38,178 nucleotides of DNA from a virus. Taxonomy: Duplodnaviria > Caudoviricetes. The notes under the pieces were generated by a model. The model did not search any database and was not told the origin of the DNA. It saw nothing but the letters and a program-made list of their open reading frames with translations. The translations under genes and the position numbers were made by a program. Location of the stretch: the IMG/VR virus record IMGVR_UViG_3300037308_000544, positions 1-38,178 of that record; one strand, 5' to 3'. This document shows positions 34,295-38,178 of this stretch, one piece after another. How positions within the stretch are numbered: the stretch's first letter is position 1; every line of letters begins with the position of its first letter.

Positions 34295-37200
34295 TTGAAT
34301 ATAATAAATCCATTATTCAAAGTGGACGAAGAAAAAAATATCTTTAATATAAGAGAAAAAGATTATACAACAATATTAGATAAAATAAAAGAAATAGTAA
34401 CCCCTGTCGAAGAGATAGGGTTTACTATTCTCGAAATAGATCTAAAAGATTCAAGATTTTCATCTGGAGAACTTTCAAGGACTTTAAAACAAACTGTAGT
34501 GATAAAATTACAAAAAGGATCTACTACAATTGATTTAAGTCTTTTTATTCCTAAATTGATTGAGAAAAACTATATTTATATAAATGGAAGGAAAAAAGTT
34601 CCATTATTTCAATTATATGATCTTCCTCTTGTAACTAGAGGAGAGAGTATAAAGCTAAGAAGTAACGTTGCTACATTGATGATGATGAAAGCTCCAGAAA
34701 AAGAAGTTCCATATGTTTTAGTTAGCTTTCTAGGAAAAAAGATTCCATTAGCATTATTACTTATTGCATATTTTGGTATGCCAGAAGTAGAAAAAATGTT
34801 TGATCTTCAAAATGTAGCAATTGATCCAAATTCAAACGATTTATATGAAAAATTATTGTCTGATTTAAAAACATATCAAGAAGAATCTCAAGGATATACA
34901 GAAGAAGATTTCCTAACAGAAATTGGAAGATTATATTCTAAATATAATGCGAAAACAAAAGGCGAAGATATTATTTATGCTTTAAAATTAATTCCAAAAG
35001 TTGATCCTATAACTGCAAGTTTCTTGCAAACTCCATCAATTCTAGAAGAGTTAGTAGAAGCTATAAAAATTAAAGATATTGATGATACATTATTTACTAA
35101 TAAAAGGATACGATGTTTTGAGTATGTAATATTAGGAAAAATATCTAAGATTATTTTTGATCTATGTTATGCGAATAGAACATCTAGACAACCAAAGTTT
35201 AGTATTAACTCAACTCAAATTCTTTCTGACTGTAATGTTTCGGATATTGTTCAGTTTGATTTCTCAATCAACCCAATTGAAGAGTTAACCAAGTTATCGA
35301 GAATAAGCCTTTTGGGTCCTGGTGGATTCAAAAGAGAAAATATACCAAAGCATTTAAGAGATATCTGTCCATCAATGTTCGGTAGAGTTTGTCCTGTTGA
35401 TACTCCAGATAGAGATAATTGTGGTGTCTTACAGAATTTATTACCAAATGTTAAACTTGATGAAAAATTAAGATTCACTGAAGAATATTTAGATAAACAA
35501 CCAATTTCAATTCCAGTTTCTATGGTTCCATTTTTAAAGAATGACGATCAAACTAGACTTCAAATGTCCTCATCCCAAATGAGGCAAGCAGTAATGTTAA
35601 AAGAATTTGATATTCCAATGATTAGTTCTGGTTGTGAAGGATTATATACTAATTATAGTCAGTTTGTTAAAAAGGCTAAGAAAAATGGATCTGTAATTCA
35701 TGTTGATTCTCAATATTTAATAGTTTGTTATGATGATGGAGAAGCTGAAATAATAAATATTAGCTATAGAAAAATTTATGTAGAAAATTTAGATTATATG
35801 GTTAGTTATGTAAGAACTGGGGATAAATTTAAGAAAGGTGATATATTAGCTGAAAGTAATTTTTGTAAAGATGGAAAAATTGTATATGGAAGAAATTTAT
35901 TAACTGGTGTTATGGTTCATTATGGAAATAACTATGAGGATGGAATTGTTATTTCTGATCGTCTTGTAAAGGAAGGAATTTTTAGCTCAGTACATTATGA
36001 TGAACTATCATTTGTATTACCACCAGATAAAGTTTTATTATCTCTAAATCCAGATAAATATGAACCGTTACCAGCAGTAAATAGTTCTCTTCAGCAAAGT
36101 GCTCCATATGCGATTATTAAAAAAATAACAAAAGAAGATCCATCAATCGTTTTTAGTGAAGAGATAAAATTACTAGCAGAAAAAAGATATTTTATTTCTG
36201 AAGTAAATATTTATGCTAATGAATGGAATACTGAAATACCCGAATTTAGAGATTGGGTTGAAAAAAGAATATCAGAACAAGAAGAAAGAGAAAAATATAT
36301 AAAGAATTTAATTTATGAAAGTGTAGAAAAAGATCAAGCTCAAAAACTTATAAGAGAATATAGCTTGGATAAATTTTCCTTTGTAGGAAAATATAAAGAG
36401 AAAAAAGAACGTGTAAATGGTATTATAATAGAAATAACAGGTATTCACACAAGAAATATTCAGGTTGGAGATAAAATAGCAAATCGTCATGGAAATAAAG
36501 GTGTAATATCTAAGATAATTGAGCATGAAAAAATGCCTCAGATTGAAGATGGAAGACACATTGATATTTGCATAAATCCAATGGGTATAAACTCCAGAAT
36601 GAATATTGGACAAATTTATGAATTACATTTAGCTATGTCTCTTTTTGATCTAAAAATGAATCTACTTAAAATGATAGATCAGAAAAAATCTAATAAAGAA
36701 ATAAAATCTTATCTTTTAAGTTATATAAAAATAATAGATAAAACAGAAGGAAACTGGTATCTATATCAATTTCAAAAACAGCTTCCAGAAAAAATAGATG
36801 AAGAATTTGTTAAAGATTTAACTTTAATACAAGCTCCTTTTGAATCATGTAAAGTTGAAGATATAAAGAAAGCTCTTCATTTTACTAAGACTAAATTTAA
36901 ACAGGAGATCTTTGATCCTTTGTCTAAAGAATACTTACTTAATCCAGTAGCAGTTGGTTTCATTTATTTCTTTAGAATGGTTCATATAGCTGAAGAAAAA
37001 TTAGCTGCTAGAGGAATAGGTCCATATACAAGAAGAACACTTCAACCTTTAGGTGGTAGAAAACATAAAGGTGGCCAACGATGCGGTGAAATGGAAACTG
37101 CATGCCTAATTGGTCATGATGCTCCTGTTAATTTATTTGAATTCTTAACAACTAAATCTGATTGTATTGACTTAAAGAATAATTATATCAGAAACTCCAT

Positions 37201-37306
37201 TTCCGGAGGTTTTGTTGACGATAATAAAAATCCAGATATGATTCCTGAATCTGTAAAATTATTAGATTCATATTTAACAGTCATTGGAGTAGATCACAAA
37301 AAGTAG
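34295..37306 (+). CDS. rpoB: DNA-directed RNA polymerase beta subunit (paralogue 2, complete)
   Basis: TTG after AGGAGG; YINGRKKV, GPGG, GRVCPVDTPD..NCG, NDDQTRLQMSSSQMRQA, GNNYEDG, GDKIANRHGNKG, SRMNIGQ and GGQRCGEME. Confidence 0.96.
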   Translation: MNIINPLFKVDEEKNIFNIREKDYTTILDKIKEIVTPVEEIGFTILEIDLKDSRFSSGELSRTLKQTVVIKLQKGSTTIDLSLFIPKLIEKNYIYINGRKKVPLFQLYDLPLVTRGESIKLRSNVATLMMMKAPEKEVPYVLVSFLGKKIPLALLLIAYFGMPEVEKMFDLQNVAIDPNSNDLYEKLLSDLKTYQEESQGYTEEDFLTEIGRLYSKYNAKTKGEDIIYALKLIPKVDPITASFLQTPSILEELVEAIKIKDIDDTLFTNKRIRCFEYVILGKISKIIFDLCYANRTSRQPKFSINSTQILSDCNVSDIVQFDFSINPIEELTKLSRISLLGPGGFKRENIPKHLRDICPSMFGRVCPVDTPDRDNCGVLQNLLPNVKLDEKLRFTEEYLDKQPISIPVSMVPFLKNDDQTRLQMSSSQMRQAVMLKEFDIPMISSGCEGLYTNYSQFVKKAKKNGSVIHVDSQYLIVCYDDGEAEIINISYRKIYVENLDYMVSYVRTGDKFKKGDILAESNFCKDGKIVYGRNLLTGVMVHYGNNYEDGIVISDRLVKEGIFSSVHYDELSFVLPPDKVLLSLNPDKYEPLPAVNSSLQQSAPYAIIKKITKEDPSIVFSEEIKLLAEKRYFISEVNIYANEWNTEIPEFRDWVEKRISEQEEREKYIKNLIYESVEKDQAQKLIREYSLDKFSFVGKYKEKKERVNGIIIEITGIHTRNIQVGDKIANRHGNKGVISKIIEHEKMPQIEDGRHIDICINPMGINSRMNIGQIYELHLAMSLFDLKMNLLKMIDQKKSNKEIKSYLLSYIKIIDKTEGNWYLYQFQKQLPEKIDEEFVKDLTLIQAPFESCKVEDIKKALHFTKTKFKQEIFDPLSKEYLLNPVAVGFIYFFRMVHIAEEKLAARGIGPYTRRTLQPLGGRKHKGGQRCGEMETACLIGHDAPVNLFEFLTTKSDCIDLKNNYIRNSISGGFVDDNKNPDMIPESVKLLDSYLTVIGVDHKK

Positions 37307-37315
37307 GAGGAGAAA

Positions 37316-38178
37316 ATGCCACATTTAAATAGTAACGACCTTCCTGATATCCAACAATCTGAACCAAAAATTAAAATGGCAATTATGGAAGTTGGAGTAG
37401 AAAATGTTGAAGTACCTTTCATATTGGAGTCAAAATATGGAGGGTTTAATCATATGGTAGCAAACGTGTCGATGAGGACTTCATTAGATTCATCTATGCG
37501 AGGTATCTCAATGTCACGTTTGCTACTAACTTTAAAGCCATATTTAGACCTGCCATTAAAAAGTAAACTAATACGAGAAATTTTATTAAAAATACTTGAG
37601 ACAGTAGATAGTGCAACAGCATTTATGAAATTTGAATTTAGATTACCAATTTTAAGAAAATCAATTCTTTCACAGAATGAATTTCCAATATATTATAAAT
37701 GTAGATTTGAAGGAAGAGCATATAAAGTAAAAGTAATTGATCTAGATTATAAAGAAAGAATTACAACATATTATAGATTTTTTGAAGGCGTAATTGTTCA
37801 ATATTCTTCATATTGCCCATGTTCGGCTGAATTATCATGTTTAGGTACAGAAGGATATCCTCATAATCAAAGATCGTTTGCCAATATTTTAGTTGAAGTT
37901 GATTCAGAAGGTAAGCATTACGTATGGTTAGAGGATCTTATTGAACTTGTAGAATCAAGAATTAAAACTTTACCATATCCAGTTATTAAACGAGTAGATG
38001 AAAAAGAAATTGGTAAAGTAGCAAAAGAGAATCCTTTATTTGTTGAAGATGCTATTAGAGAGATTTCTGAAGGTTTAGAAACTCTTCCAGGAATAAGTGA
38101 TTGGATAGTTAAATGTGTTCACGAAGAATCAAATCATACCAGAGAATCAATTGCAATTAAATATAAATGTACAGACGG
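37316..38178 (+). CDS. folE2: GTP cyclohydrolase IB FolE2 (3'-truncated by window edge; not in ORF track)
   Basis: AGGAGG then ATG 37316, open to the end: LPDIQ, EVGVENV, RGISMSR, YCPCSAELS, PHNQRS, KRVDE, ENPLFVEDAIR and HEESNH. Confidence 0.9.
   Translation, partial: MPHLNSNDLPDIQQSEPKIKMAIMEVGVENVEVPFILESKYGGFNHMVANVSMRTSLDSSMRGISMSRLLLTLKPYLDLPLKSKLIREILLKILETVDSATAFMKFEFRLPILRKSILSQNEFPIYYKCRFEGRAYKVKVIDLDYKERITTYYRFFEGVIVQYSSYCPCSAELSCLGTEGYPHNQRSFANILVEVDSEGKHYVWLEDLIELVESRIKTLPYPVIKRVDEKEIGKVAKENPLFVEDAIREISEGLETLPGISDWIVKCVHEESNHTRESIAIKYKCTD

Noticed and set aside
1413-36613. All minus-strand ORFs and short nested plus-strand ORFs in the track (e.g. 4027-4386, 16108-16404, 27952-28302, 6663-6854, 7157-7369, 7376-7696, 27977-28171)
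   Set aside because: They overlap well-supported + strand genes and show no motifs; shadow ORFs.
31428-37306. Cellular rpoBC locus, or inteins/introns in the RNAP genes
   Set aside because: No ribosomal protein neighbours, reversed order, phage-like context; motifs are colinear with no intein or intron signature visible.
1-38178. Stop-codon reassignment
   Set aside because: Conserved genes are full length in the standard code, and TAA, TAG and TGA all end genes right before the next start.

Overview
AT-rich window with every credible gene on the + strand, closely packed behind Shine-Dalgarno sites. It reads as part of a jumbo bacteriophage genome. It carries its own multisubunit RNA polymerase genes (one unsplit beta-prime and two different beta paralogues), type IIA topoisomerase B and A subunits separated by an island of small ORFs, an SSB-like protein, a MoxR/vWA-peptidase pair, an SF2 helicase, SbcD/SbcC, QueD fused to an HNH domain, FolE2 and a radical SAM enzyme. 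Two systems stand out. (1) At 1875-2450, a tandem array of six Y-RNA-like fold-back units shares the motif G-AC-T(1-3)-[stem]-TTCAG. The variable apical parts carry tRNA pieces (Ser-type anticodon arms and one complete tRNA-Ile). The array lies directly upstream of a Ro60-sized helical+vWA protein and an ARPP-like protein. (2) At 24711-30965, an apparently complete phage-encoded ubiquitin-like conjugation cassette contains a giant E2, a JAB peptidase, an E1, a Ubl, a second E1-like protein and a minimal E2. All family calls come from motifs read by eye; no database search or folding computation was run.
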